Source: an uncultured Rickettsiales bacterium
Lineage (GTDB): Bacteria; Myxococcota_A; UBA796; UBA9615
Direction: 5' to 3'
DNA length: 64,000 nucleotides
Assembly: GCA_964512225.1 (NCBI GenBank)
Contig: CAZEKB010000024.1
Span: 678-64,677 of the forward strand
A program made the translations under genes and the position numbers. A model generated the notes under the pieces. That model worked only from the letters and a program-made list of their open reading frames with translations. It was not told the DNA's origin and ran no database searches. Below, one piece after another: positions 30,588 to 39,421 of the stretch. Position 1 is the stretch's first letter. The number at the start of each line of letters is the position of its first letter.

Positions 30588-31229
30588 ATGACTCGCATCC
30601 CCGTCCGACTCCTCGCCCTCTTCGCCCTGCTCCTGGCGGGCTGCGCTCCCTTCGACGGCGACGGAGGCGATGCGTTCCGACCCTCGGACGACGGCGTCGA
30701 CGCGCCCGACGTGGATCCCGTGGACGGCTCGGACCTGGGCGACGACGACGACGACGACGGCGGCAACGAGCACCGGCCCGCGGACGACGACGACGACGAC
30801 GACGAGGGCGGCGGCGGCGACGACGCCTGGGACGCGAGCCCGCCCGAGGGCCTCGCCGACGGCTCCGAGCTGCACATCGACCTGAGCTGCGGCCTGCTCG
30901 ACGGCCTGCACCGCAAGGTCTTCGAGAAGGACGGCGACGAGTGGCTCGAGGTCGACGGCGAGGGCGCCGGGCCGATCGCGGAGCTCCGAGCGTGCTTCGT
31001 GGGGAGCGACGAGAAGTTCCTCACCTGGGACGACACCCCCGAGATGTACATCTTCGCGGGCGGCCTGCACCACGACATCACGCCGACGTCGGTCGAGGAC
31101 CGGTGGATGGGCCTCGTATACCCGGAGGAGGATTCGTCGCGGGAGTGCCTCGAGGCGCTGGCCGACGCGAACCTCGAGTGGCCGATCCGCATGACCCTCA
31201 CGGTCACGAACGTCATTCCGGCTCCGTAG
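30588..31229 (+). CDS. Hypothetical lipoprotein with poly-Asp low-complexity linker
   Basis: MTRIPVRLLALFALLLAGCAPFDG lipobox, then DDDDDDGGNEHRPADDDDDDDEGGGGDD, then a folded C-terminal domain. The track ORF start at 29058 is antisense junk. Confidence 0.6.
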   Translation: MTRIPVRLLALFALLLAGCAPFDGDGGDAFRPSDDGVDAPDVDPVDGSDLGDDDDDDGGNEHRPADDDDDDDEGGGGDDAWDASPPEGLADGSELHIDLSCGLLDGLHRKVFEKDGDEWLEVDGEGAGPIAELRACFVGSDEKFLTWDDTPEMYIFAGGLHHDITPTSVEDRWMGLVYPEEDSSRECLEALADANLEWPIRMTLTVTNVIPAP

Positions 31230-31869
31230 CCTCCGGGCGCAGCTCCGGAAGGAGCGGGCTGAGGGAGTGCAGCGAGGCGAGCAGGTGCATCTGCTCGGCG
31301 GCCAGCTGCTCCTCGGGGACCACCCCCACCGCGTGCAGCAGCCGCGCCTCGTGGATCGCCAGCACGGCCCAGCCGTGCATCGGCACCCCCCGATACACCT
31401 GCGTGAACTCCGCGAGGACGCCGGGCAGCCCCGAGTCGAGCATCACCTCCTGCTCGCCGAGCCACCGCAGATCGCGGATCGGCCCGGACACGCGTCGGGC
31501 CTGGATGTCCGCGAGGGCGAGGCGCGGGTCGGGGTCGCGGGCGAGGCGCGCCGAGACGGTGAGGGACGCGCGGCGGTCGCCGTCGTCGCCGGGGCGGATG
31601 AAGGAGCCGTCGCGGTCGTCGATCCGATCGGTCCAGCCGGGGGGCGGCGCGATCGAGAAGCCGGCCAGGGAGTTCACGTGCTCGACGGGCGGGGGCCCCG
31701 GCCGGGACAGCATCGCGACGATGTAGACGGCGACCGCGGCGAGCGCGAGGCCCGCGGCCGTGGCCGTGCGCCAGGACCAGGTGACCGCGCGACGCGGCGG
31801 GAGCGGGGGCGGCCCGGCCTCGGGGAGCCGGTCCGTGATCTCGTCATGCAGGCTCAGCGTCGTCTCCAC
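31213..31869 (-). CDS. Hypothetical single-pass membrane protein
   Basis: N-terminal cytoplasmic Pro-rich stretch, TM segment AAGLALAAVAVYIVAML, and a balanced C-terminal domain. No family recognised. Confidence 0.45.
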   Translation of the reverse strand: METTLSLHDEITDRLPEAGPPPLPPRRAVTWSWRTATAAGLALAAVAVYIVAMLSRPGPPPVEHVNSLAGFSIAPPPGWTDRIDDRDGSFIRPGDDGDRRASLTVSARLARDPDPRLALADIQARRVSGPIRDLRWLGEQEVMLDSGLPGVLAEFTQVYRGVPMHGWAVLAIHEARLLHAVGVVPEEQLAAEQMHLLASLHSLSPLLPELRPEATEPE

Positions 31870-31903
31870 GGTCGGTCAACATGGGGCTGATATCGTGCGA
31901 GGC

Positions 31904-32233
31904 GTGCTGATCCGCAGCCCCGCTCCGTGTCCCCGGCGTCCCCCAGGCGGGAACGCGCTCGTGGAGTACATCATCCTCCTGTGCGCCGTGGGGGTGTTGC
32001 TGCTGACCATCGTCGTCGAGTACGGCGACTCGGTGGAGGCGGAGTGGTCCCGCGCCGACGACTCCTCGGTGTGGTCGGACGTCGAGAGCGGCCTCGACGC
32101 GGACGGTGACGGCGGCGACGCGGCCGACGACGGCTGCGCGGGCTACTACTACAACAGCGCGACGGGGCGCTGGCACGACGCCGAGACCCACCTGTTCGTC
32201 TCCTTCGCCGACGCCGAGGCCGCCGGCTGTTGA
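31904..32233 (+). CDS. TadE/TadG-like (Flp pilus assembly, pseudopilin-like) small protein. Start uncertain: GTG candidates at 31904, 31913 and 31961.
   Basis: GGNALVEYIILLCAVGVLLLTIVVEYGDSVEAEW matches the TadE-like N-terminal consensus (G-x-A-x-VEFAL...hydrophobic...). The C-terminus CAGYYYNSATGRWHDAETHLFVSFADAEAAGC is bracketed by Cys residues. Confidence 0.35.
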   Translation: MLIRSPAPCPRRPPGGNALVEYIILLCAVGVLLLTIVVEYGDSVEAEWSRADDSSVWSDVESGLDADGDGGDAADDGCAGYYYNSATGRWHDAETHLFVSFADAEAAGC

Positions 32234-32994
32234 TGCGCCTGGCCGTCGTCGCCGCCGTCGCATTGCAGGTCGCAGGGTGCGCGTGCGGACCCTCCGCCCC
32301 GGCGCCTGCGCCCCCGCCCTCGACGTCGGGCATCCCGGATCCCGAGCCCGGCGACCCCACGGCCGAAGATCTGGGCCCTGGCGAGCTGGAGGACATCATC
32401 GACCGCAGCGCGGAGGCGATGGACCGGGCGGACGTGGACACCGCGCGTAGGTGGGCTCGCGAGGCGTTGAGGCGGGCCCCGGGCGACGCCGGCGCGTGGC
32501 TGCACTGGTGCATCTTCAGCTACGACGCCACGGACTTCGCCGAGTCCGAGCGCGCCTGCACCATCGCGATCGGGCTGCGGGAGCCCCGGCCCGAGTACCA
32601 CGCCCTCCTCAACCGCGGCCTCGCCCGGATCAAGCTCGGCAAGCTCGACGGGGCCGAGGCGGACTTCCAGCGGTGCAAGAAGCAGGAGCCCGAGAACGCC
32701 GAGGCCTGGTACGACGAGTCGTGGGTGTGGGCCGCCCGGGGAGCGCGGGACGAGACGATCATGAACCTGCGCAAGGCGGGCAAGTACGACAGCTACTACG
32801 CGGTCCGCGAGGTCGTGGACGGCGACGAGGCCTTCGACGCGTTCCAGAACGACGCCGTGTGGAGGGCGTTCATCGAGGAGCTCCCGGACGTCCCCTTCGA
32901 GCGTCGGGTCCCCGGGCTCCACACGATCCAGCCCATCCCGGGCGTGCCCATGTCGAAGGAGAAGCCCTTCGACCCGAACGGGGAGCGGCGGTGA
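32233..32994 (+). CDS. TPR-repeat lipoprotein (TadD-like)
   Basis: MRLAVVAAVALQVAGCAC lipobox and TPR helices. It shares the motif NAEAWYDESWVWAARG with the next gene. The ATG overlaps the preceding stop (TGATG). Confidence 0.7.
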   Translation: MRLAVVAAVALQVAGCACGPSAPAPAPPPSTSGIPDPEPGDPTAEDLGPGELEDIIDRSAEAMDRADVDTARRWAREALRRAPGDAGAWLHWCIFSYDATDFAESERACTIAIGLREPRPEYHALLNRGLARIKLGKLDGAEADFQRCKKQEPENAEAWYDESWVWAARGARDETIMNLRKAGKYDSYYAVREVVDGDEAFDAFQNDAVWRAFIEELPDVPFERRVPGLHTIQPIPGVPMSKEKPFDPNGERR

Positions 32995-33728
32995 AGCGCG
33001 TCCTGGCGGCCCTGCTGCTCGTCGCCGTCGTCGGTTGCCGCCCGGAGGCCGAGCGCCGGAAGCCCGACGTCCTCACCTACGGGCCCCTGCCCGATCCGGC
33101 GAAGCTGAAGACCCAGGAGCAGCGCGACGCGGAGGCGGAGCGGATGATGGTGGCGGGGTCCGAGGCCCGGGAGGCGGGCCTCGCGAACGAGGCGAGCCGG
33201 TACCTGCGCGCGGGCCTCGAGCTCGACCCCGACGGGGAGATGCTCTGGCTGCAGATGTGCATCCTGCGGTACGACGTGGATGAGCCCGCGGCCGCCGAAG
33301 AGGCCTGCACGAAGGCCATCGCGGGCGCCGAAGACCCGAAGAACCCGAACTACGACTCGGTGCTCAACCGCGGGCTGGCGCGGGTCCTGCTCGGCAAGCT
33401 CGACGAGGCCGAGGCCGACTTCCAGTGGAACAAGCGGATGCAGCCCAGGAATGCCGAGGCGTACTACGACGAGTCGTGGGTGTGGGCGGCCCGGGGGAAC
33501 CTCGACAAGGTCCTCGAGAACGTGAAGATCGCGGGCGAGTACGACCCCTACTACCGGAACATCGAGGTCGTGGGCAGCGACCGCCCCTACGACAGGTTCC
33601 GGGGCGAGCCGCGCTGGGAGGAGTTCCTCTCCACCCTCGATCCGGGTCCGCCGCCCGAGGAGAAGATGTCGACGCTGCTCCAGCAGGAGGGGATCTCCGG
33701 CGTCCCCCAGGGGACCTCAGGGCCCTGA
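32991..33728 (+). CDS. TPR-repeat lipoprotein, tandem paralog of the previous gene
   Basis: GTG start overlapping the previous stop (GTGA). VKRVLAALLLVAVVGC lipobox. ...NAEAYYDESWVWAARGNLDKVLENVKIAGEYDPYY aligns with the previous gene's ...NAEAWYDESWVWAARGARDETIMNLRKAGKYDSYY. Confidence 0.7.
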   Translation: MKRVLAALLLVAVVGCRPEAERRKPDVLTYGPLPDPAKLKTQEQRDAEAERMMVAGSEAREAGLANEASRYLRAGLELDPDGEMLWLQMCILRYDVDEPAAAEEACTKAIAGAEDPKNPNYDSVLNRGLARVLLGKLDEAEADFQWNKRMQPRNAEAYYDESWVWAARGNLDKVLENVKIAGEYDPYYRNIEVVGSDRPYDRFRGEPRWEEFLSTLDPGPPPEEKMSTLLQQEGISGVPQGTSGP

Positions 33729-35405
33729 GTCGACGGCCACCGGCCCGAGCACGTGCGGCTTGGCGTCGGGCCCCGGGAACACCGCCTCCATGTTCTGGAC
33801 GATCAGCCCGGTCGGCGTGCGCGCCACCATGGGCAGGCCCCCGTCCGTGCCCGCGCGCCGCCCCGCCGCGAGGGGGGCGAGGTAGGGGCGGTCCTGCTCG
33901 CCGGTGGCGGCGCCGAGGTCGCGCAGGGTGCGCCGGTCGACGTGCTGGAACATGAGCGAGAGCACGGGCGTCTCGGTCCCGTCGAGGGCCCGCCACACCG
34001 CGTCCGCGGGCCGGGGCAGCGTCCCCTCGGACGACCGCCCCATGCGGCGTACGACGAGGATCCGCTCCGCGCCCGACGCGCGCTGGACGGCCGCGACCTC
34101 CCGGGCGAAGCGCTTCGGCGGCAGCGTCCTGGGGGGGCTCACGGTCCACAGCGACAGGCGCCCCTCCCAGTTGGACTGGATCGCGCCCCGGGCGTGACCG
34201 TTGGAGGCCGCGAGCTCCTTGCGGGGCACCCGGGACATCACGAAGCTGCGGACCCAGCCGTCGTCGACCAGGGTCACGGGCTGCGAGGCGACCCCTTCGA
34301 AGTCGTACTCGAACCCGCCCGCCTGACCTCGCCGGGCCGACCGGGGATCGTCCACGACGCTCCAGCCGTCGGGCAGCAGCTTGCGTCCGAGGCGGGGTCC
34401 GCTCCGGGTGCTGCGCTCGTAGGACTCGCCGGGGCGGTCGAGGGGCGGCGTGCCCCGGAGCTCGGGAGGCAGCAGGTAGCGGAAGAAGTCGGCGGCGGCC
34501 TGGCCCTCGAAGACCACGGGGCCCTCGTAGTAGGTCACGGGCTCGGCCTGCGAGCGGGCCAGGATCGAGCGTCCCAGGGCCTCGATCTCCGCCGTGAGGA
34601 CGTCCACCGGGGGGAGGTCCGCGACGGTGCGGGCGACCCACTGCAGCTCGTCGTCGACGTCCACTCCGTCGGGGCGCCGCAGCGACGCGTAGGCGCGCAC
34701 CACCGCGTATCCGTGCGGCTGCACGACGGCGACGCCGCCCGAGTCCACGATCGTGTAGCGGCCCTCGATCGTGTTCACCCGCACCGACGCTCGGTGGAGC
34801 CCGCCGAGGGCCCGCAGCGCGTCGGACGTCGCCTCGGCGATGTGCCGCAGCGTGGCGTCGTCGGGGTCGGGGATGGGCTCCGCCGCGGCCGAACGGACCG
34901 CCGGCGCGGGGCTCCAATCGGGGGGCGACTCTCCGCCCACGGCCGCGCGCCCGGCGCGCTTCGCCTGCAGGATCCCCACGGCCGTCTTGTACGACCGGTC
35001 CGTCGCCATCCACAGATCGCGCTCGATGGCGATGGGGACGTCCTCCACCACGAGGCTCAGGCGCTGCCAGGCGGCGGCGGGGCCGCGGGAGCGTCCCGAC
35101 GGGCGGAACCGGGTGGAGTCGAGGGTGTCGTCGCCGACCACGACCTCGACCTTGGTCGGGCGCGCCCGTCCCGACCGCTCCGAGACGAGCGCCCCGAACG
35201 ACGCGCGCGCCACGTAGTAGCGGTAGTCGAACGTCGCCATCGACGTGCGGGACGGCGGCGGCGCGCCCTCGAGGCGAAGCTCGTTCAGCGCTCGGCTCGA
35301 CCAGCGCTCGAACAGGTCCACGAGCACCGGGGCGTCGTCGGCGGCGGCCGGAGGCGTCGCCGTGAGGGCGACCGCGGCGAGGGCGACCAGGGCGAGCCGC
35401 TTCAC
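33717..35405 (-). CDS. TldE/PmbA-family metalloprotease-partner protein with signal peptide
   Basis: GTG start overlapping the tldD stop (GTGA). VKRLALVALAAVALTATPPAAA signal peptide. Roughly 540 aa of TldD/PmbA-fold sequence with no HExxxH. The first 490 codons of the track ORF are junk. Confidence 0.7.
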   Translation of the reverse strand: MKRLALVALAAVALTATPPAAADDAPVLVDLFERWSSRALNELRLEGAPPPSRTSMATFDYRYYVARASFGALVSERSGRARPTKVEVVVGDDTLDSTRFRPSGRSRGPAAAWQRLSLVVEDVPIAIERDLWMATDRSYKTAVGILQAKRAGRAAVGGESPPDWSPAPAVRSAAAEPIPDPDDATLRHIAEATSDALRALGGLHRASVRVNTIEGRYTIVDSGGVAVVQPHGYAVVRAYASLRRPDGVDVDDELQWVARTVADLPPVDVLTAEIEALGRSILARSQAEPVTYYEGPVVFEGQAAADFFRYLLPPELRGTPPLDRPGESYERSTRSGPRLGRKLLPDGWSVVDDPRSARRGQAGGFEYDFEGVASQPVTLVDDGWVRSFVMSRVPRKELAASNGHARGAIQSNWEGRLSLWTVSPPRTLPPKRFAREVAAVQRASGAERILVVRRMGRSSEGTLPRPADAVWRALDGTETPVLSLMFQHVDRRTLRDLGAATGEQDRPYLAPLAAGRRAGTDGGLPMVARTPTGLIVQNMEAVFPGPDAKPHVLGPVAVDSGP

Positions 35406-37084
35406 GATCCACCCCCGAGGGACGCGGGCGTGGGGGGCGGCAGCAGCGGGGGGGTGTCCTGGCCCCGGCGCTTGCGCTGCGTCTCGACCTGCTGGAGGAG
35501 CAGGGCGGGGGCGATGGCGCTCACCGGCACCCAGCCCGACTCCGCGCCGCAGTTGCCGTTGAACACCCGCTTGCGTTCCCCCGCGGCGACGATGTTGGAG
35601 AAGGCCTCCAGGGGAGTGCCGATGAGGTCGACGCCCCGCACGAGCTCGTCGGGGCGCCCGTCGACGTAGACGCGGTACGCGATCACGGCGTTGACGTTGA
35701 AGGCGTTGGGGATCGTGCGCCCGGTGAACGTGAAGCCGCCCGCGATCTCGTCGATGAGCAGCCCGTACTCCAGGCCCGCGCCCTTCGCGCGTCGGCGCAG
35801 CCTGCGGCGCAGCTCTTCGTCGGACGTGGACACGCCCGGGACGACGTGCAGGTTGCCCTGCCTCGCCACCGCGTCCCTCCCCGCCTGCTTGCGGCCGTGC
35901 CCGTTGGACGGGTCCCCCTGGGCGACGGGCGAGCGGCTCTGCAGGAACCCCTGCAGCACGCCGTCCTCCACGAGCACCACCCGCTCGCCCGGCACGCCCT
36001 GGTTGTCGAACCGGTAGTGCCCGCGCAGGGGCGTGCCGGACGCGACGTCGAGCGTGGGGTCGTCGTACACGCTGAGGAACGACGGCAGGATCGGCTCGCC
36101 GACGCGGTTGCGGAAGGTCTGGGCGTCCGTCACCTGCTTGAGGCGATGGCCCTCGACGCGGTGCCCGAACACCTCGTGGAAGAAGACGCCCGCCGCCCGG
36201 TCGCTCAGGATCGCGGGCCCGTTGTAGGGCTCCTCGAGGGGGGCGGCGAGCACGGCGTCGACCTCGGCGGACAGCTCCCCCGCGCGCTCGAGCAGGAAGT
36301 CGAGGCTCGGCAGGTCCGCGGCGGTGCGGCCGTCCCAGGAGCGGAAGAGGCGGATCGAGTCGCCGTTGTCGGCGCGGGCCGTGGCGGACGCGGACGCGCG
36401 GAACCGGGACTCGGTGTGGCGCAGCCGGGTGCCCTCGGACGAGACGAACCAGCGGGTGTCGACGCTGCCGCCGTATCGCACCGAGGCGTCCAGGATCGCG
36501 GGCGACGACGCGAGCACGGCGGACGCGTCGCGGGCCGCGACCTCCCACGCCTCGGCGGGGAAGACCAGCTCCCCGACGTCGCCCAGGTGTTCGACGGGTT
36601 CGACCGCCACCAGGTCTTCGGCGGGCTCTTCGTCCACGAGCGTGCGCGCCTCGGCCTGGACCTTCGCCCACCGCTCCTTCGCGGCCTGGTAGCGGGTGTC
36701 GATCTCCTGCCAGATCAGGTGCCGGTACACGGCCTCGTCGGCGTCCCAGGGCAGGGCGGCCCCCGACGTGCCGAAGCGGGACTCCGACTCCTTGCGCAGC
36801 GCGTGCGACGAGTCCAGCGCGCGCGAGCCGACGCGTACGTCTACGTCGATGCGCAGGAACCGGTCGGGCGTCCACGAGTGGAGGGCGCCGTCCTCCCCGG
36901 AGATCGTCACGCGGCGGCCCTCGTGGGCTTCGATCGCGATGAAGTACGGCGCCTCCGCCCCCTGGGTGGCGGCGAGGTGCTTCATCGCCCGGTCGACCTC
37001 GGCCGTCATGGCGTCGAGCAGGGGATCCGCGAATGCGCTCGACGGCAGCAGGAGCGCGAGGACGGCGGCGGCGGTGCGGATCAT
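35402..37084 (-). CDS. tldD: TldD-family zinc metalloprotease with signal peptide
   Basis: MIRTAAAVLALLLPSSAFA signal peptide. HEVFGHRVEGHR is the TldD HExxxH...H active-site motif. ...GGFTFTG and NGNCGAESGWVP are TldD C-terminal motifs. The ATG overlaps the cca stop (ATGA). Confidence 0.8.
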   Translation of the reverse strand: MIRTAAAVLALLLPSSAFADPLLDAMTAEVDRAMKHLAATQGAEAPYFIAIEAHEGRRVTISGEDGALHSWTPDRFLRIDVDVRVGSRALDSSHALRKESESRFGTSGAALPWDADEAVYRHLIWQEIDTRYQAAKERWAKVQAEARTLVDEEPAEDLVAVEPVEHLGDVGELVFPAEAWEVAARDASAVLASSPAILDASVRYGGSVDTRWFVSSEGTRLRHTESRFRASASATARADNGDSIRLFRSWDGRTAADLPSLDFLLERAGELSAEVDAVLAAPLEEPYNGPAILSDRAAGVFFHEVFGHRVEGHRLKQVTDAQTFRNRVGEPILPSFLSVYDDPTLDVASGTPLRGHYRFDNQGVPGERVVLVEDGVLQGFLQSRSPVAQGDPSNGHGRKQAGRDAVARQGNLHVVPGVSTSDEELRRRLRRRAKGAGLEYGLLIDEIAGGFTFTGRTIPNAFNVNAVIAYRVYVDGRPDELVRGVDLIGTPLEAFSNIVAAGERKRVFNGNCGAESGWVPVSAIAPALLLQQVETQRKRRGQDTPPLLPPPTPASLGGGS

Positions 37085-38457
37085 GCGGGGTCTCCGAGGG
37101 TGGGCAGGACGGCGTCGAGGATGGCGTCGGGATCGTCTGCGCCGGTCTCGTCCTGGTGGTGTCGGCAGGCCGCGAGGATCCGGCTGAAGGAGGGCCCGGG
37201 TGTGAACCCCCGGGCCACGAGGTGGCGTCCCTGGACCACGTCCCGGGGGCCCGAAGGGGGCACCGCGGCGCCGCTCATGGCGAGGAAGCGATCGCCGTGG
37301 GGGAAGCGTCGTCGGCGGGCGTTCTCGGTGGTCCGGCCCCAGGCGTCGGCGCGCGCGGTGCGCTCCAACAGGGCCATGGAGACGCCCTTGGGGACGATCC
37401 TCCGGGCGAGTCGCCGGTAGGCCGCGGGGCCCGCGTCGGCGGTGCCCAGGAGCATCGGCGCGAGGTGCTCGAGCACCAGGACCACGACCCGCTGCTCGAG
37501 CCTGCGGGGGGCGCGCATGCGCCGCAGGAACCGCCGCGTGGGTCCCTCTCCGGCAGCTTCGTGTCCGCGGGACGTCAGGCGCCCGTCGACCTTCGTCGTC
37601 GTCGAGGGCTTGCCGAAGTCGTGGCAGAGGACGCCGAACATGAAGGCGAGGTCCTCGTCGTCGTCGCCGGTTCGGAGCTCGACGGCCGCGTCGAGGGACA
37701 GGGCCGTGTGGGTGTAGACGTCGCCCTCGGGGTGCCACCGGGGCTCCTGGGGCACGCCGCGGAGGGCGTCGATCTCGGGGAAGTGGCTCAGGAGGCCGGC
37801 GTCGCGGAGCAGGTGCAGGCCCCGAGACGGCTCCGCGCCGCGCAGCAGGAGCTTGCGGAACTCCTGGAAGATGCGCTCGCCGGGCAGCTCGGCGAGGTCC
37901 TGGGCCGCGAGGATGGGGAGCAGGTCCTCGTCCGGGCGGAGCTGGAAGCGCGCCACGAACTGGGCGGCGCGGACCGCGCGCAGCGGATCCTCCCCGAAGG
38001 TCGCCCGGTCGACGGCGCGGAGGATCCCCGCTTCGAGGTCGTCGCGCCCCCGGACCGGATCGACGATCTCCTCGGTGAGCGGGTCGAAGCTGATCGCGTT
38101 GATGGTGAAGTCCCGGCGCCGCGCGGCCTCGGCGAGGGTCATGGTGGGGTCGGCGACGACCTCGAACGCCGTGTGGCCGGGGCCGAGGTTCCGGTCCCGA
38201 CGGGGCAGGGAGAAGTCGACGTCGAGGCCGCTCACCCGGAACACCCCGAACGAGGCCCCGACCGCGTCGACCCGACCGTGGGTGGCAAGCACGTCCTTCA
38301 GGGCGGGGGCGCCGAGGCCGAACACCTCCACGTCGATGTCCTTGTCGGCCCGGCCCAACAGGCGATCTCGGACCCAGCCGCCCACGATGTAGGCCCGCCC
38401 GCCCAGGTCGGCGACCTCCTGCGCGATGCGGACCACGACGTCGTACTCGCTCGTCAC
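37081..38457 (-). CDS. cca: CCA-adding tRNA nucleotidyltransferase (PolyA_pol head + HD domain)
   Basis: YIVGGWVRDRLLGR...DIDV and RRDFTINA head-domain motifs, and a C-terminal HD domain (HDFGK). The GTG start is chosen by alignment with the about 20 aa that precede GGAVRD in B. subtilis CCA. The track ORF extends 111 codons further upstream. Confidence 0.8.
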   Translation of the reverse strand: MTSEYDVVVRIAQEVADLGGRAYIVGGWVRDRLLGRADKDIDVEVFGLGAPALKDVLATHGRVDAVGASFGVFRVSGLDVDFSLPRRDRNLGPGHTAFEVVADPTMTLAEAARRRDFTINAISFDPLTEEIVDPVRGRDDLEAGILRAVDRATFGEDPLRAVRAAQFVARFQLRPDEDLLPILAAQDLAELPGERIFQEFRKLLLRGAEPSRGLHLLRDAGLLSHFPEIDALRGVPQEPRWHPEGDVYTHTALSLDAAVELRTGDDDEDLAFMFGVLCHDFGKPSTTTKVDGRLTSRGHEAAGEGPTRRFLRRMRAPRRLEQRVVVLVLEHLAPMLLGTADAGPAAYRRLARRIVPKGVSMALLERTARADAWGRTTENARRRRFPHGDRFLAMSGAAVPPSGPRDVVQGRHLVARGFTPGPSFSRILAACRHHQDETGADDPDAILDAVLPTLGDPA

Positions 38458-38497
38458 CCCTCCGATGGTAGCCCCCGCGCCGTCCCGAGGAGCCGGG

Positions 38498-39385
38498 CTA
38501 CTCGTTGCAGGTCGTGCTGAAGAACTCCAGCATGGGGCCGTTGCCGGTCTCGGGGACCCACTCGTGGCCGTGGGGGTAGTCGTACCAGGTCTCGGCGCGC
38601 TGCCCGCCGCCCTCCCAGGCCGCGACCATGCCCTCGACGGCGGGCCGCGGCACGATGTTGTCGTCGGGGCCGTGGACGAACAGCCCGGGGACCTCGCCGG
38701 GCCACGGCTCGGGCGCGCCGCCGTTGCCCCAGGGGGACCCGCCGGCGTGGGCGAGGATCGAGGCGACGCGGTCGGCGTGGGCGTGGCCAAGCAGGGCGGC
38801 GGCCCGGGCTCCCGCGGAGCTGCCCCACAAGAAGATGCGGTCGCGGTCCACGTCGTACCTCGTCTCGAGCTCGTCGAGCGTGGCGCGGAAGAAGTCGTAG
38901 TCGTTCTGGGAGTCGGTCCAGTTGTTGCCGTTGCCGCCCGCGGGTCCGGGCACGACCATCGCCACCAGGAAGCCCTCGCCCCCCGCGAAGTCCCCGAAGT
39001 CGAGGAAGTCCGAGACGACCTCGGCGACGGTCTCGCGATCGTCCGGCATGCGGCGGGCCATGAGCACGAGCACCTGCAGGCCCGTCTCCGGGGGCGCGCC
39101 GGAGGGGACGATCAGGAAGCTGGCGTACTGCGACGAGCTCGGCCCGACCGTGAAGCCGGGGGTGTCGAGCCAGACCTCTCCGGTGGGTCCGCCGGAGCCG
39201 CCCGACGGGTCGCCGCAGCCCGCGACGTCGTCGTCGTCGGCTGCGTCGTCGTCGTCGGTCGCGTCGTCGTCGTCGGTCGCGTCGTCGTCGTCGGCTGCGT
39301 CGTCGTCGTCGTCGCCCCGAGGCTCGCAGGCGATCCCCGAGCACAGGAGGATCAGGGCCGCGATTCGACACGTACGAATGGACAT
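38498..39385 (-). CDS. Secreted esterase/lipase of the alpha/beta-hydrolase fold (PHB-depolymerase-like esterase family), lipoprotein with poly-Asp linker
   Basis: MSIRTCRIAALILLCSGIAC lipobox, then DDDDDAADDDDATDDDDATDDDDAADDDD linker. Nucleophile elbow LWGSSAGA (GxSxG) and HGPDDNIVP. Confidence 0.7.
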   Translation of the reverse strand: MSIRTCRIAALILLCSGIACEPRGDDDDDAADDDDATDDDDATDDDDAADDDDVAGCGDPSGGSGGPTGEVWLDTPGFTVGPSSSQYASFLIVPSGAPPETGLQVLVLMARRMPDDRETVAEVVSDFLDFGDFAGGEGFLVAMVVPGPAGGNGNNWTDSQNDYDFFRATLDELETRYDVDRDRIFLWGSSAGARAAALLGHAHADRVASILAHAGGSPWGNGGAPEPWPGEVPGLFVHGPDDNIVPRPAVEGMVAAWEGGGQRAETWYDYPHGHEWVPETGNGPMLEFFSTTCNE

Positions 39386-39421
39386 CGGGGCAGGTTAGAG
39401 CACCGGCTTCGGCGTCGTGGG

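Noticed and set aside
35402-37084. Apparent 1-nt disagreements between my manual position counting of the printed sequence and the ORF-track frames (noted at about 11907, 35403 and 37082)
   Set aside because: All printed lines appear to be 60 nt, and the ORF track is internally consistent (continuous ORFs with sensible translations). I attribute these to my counting in homopolymer runs and used track-derived coordinates.
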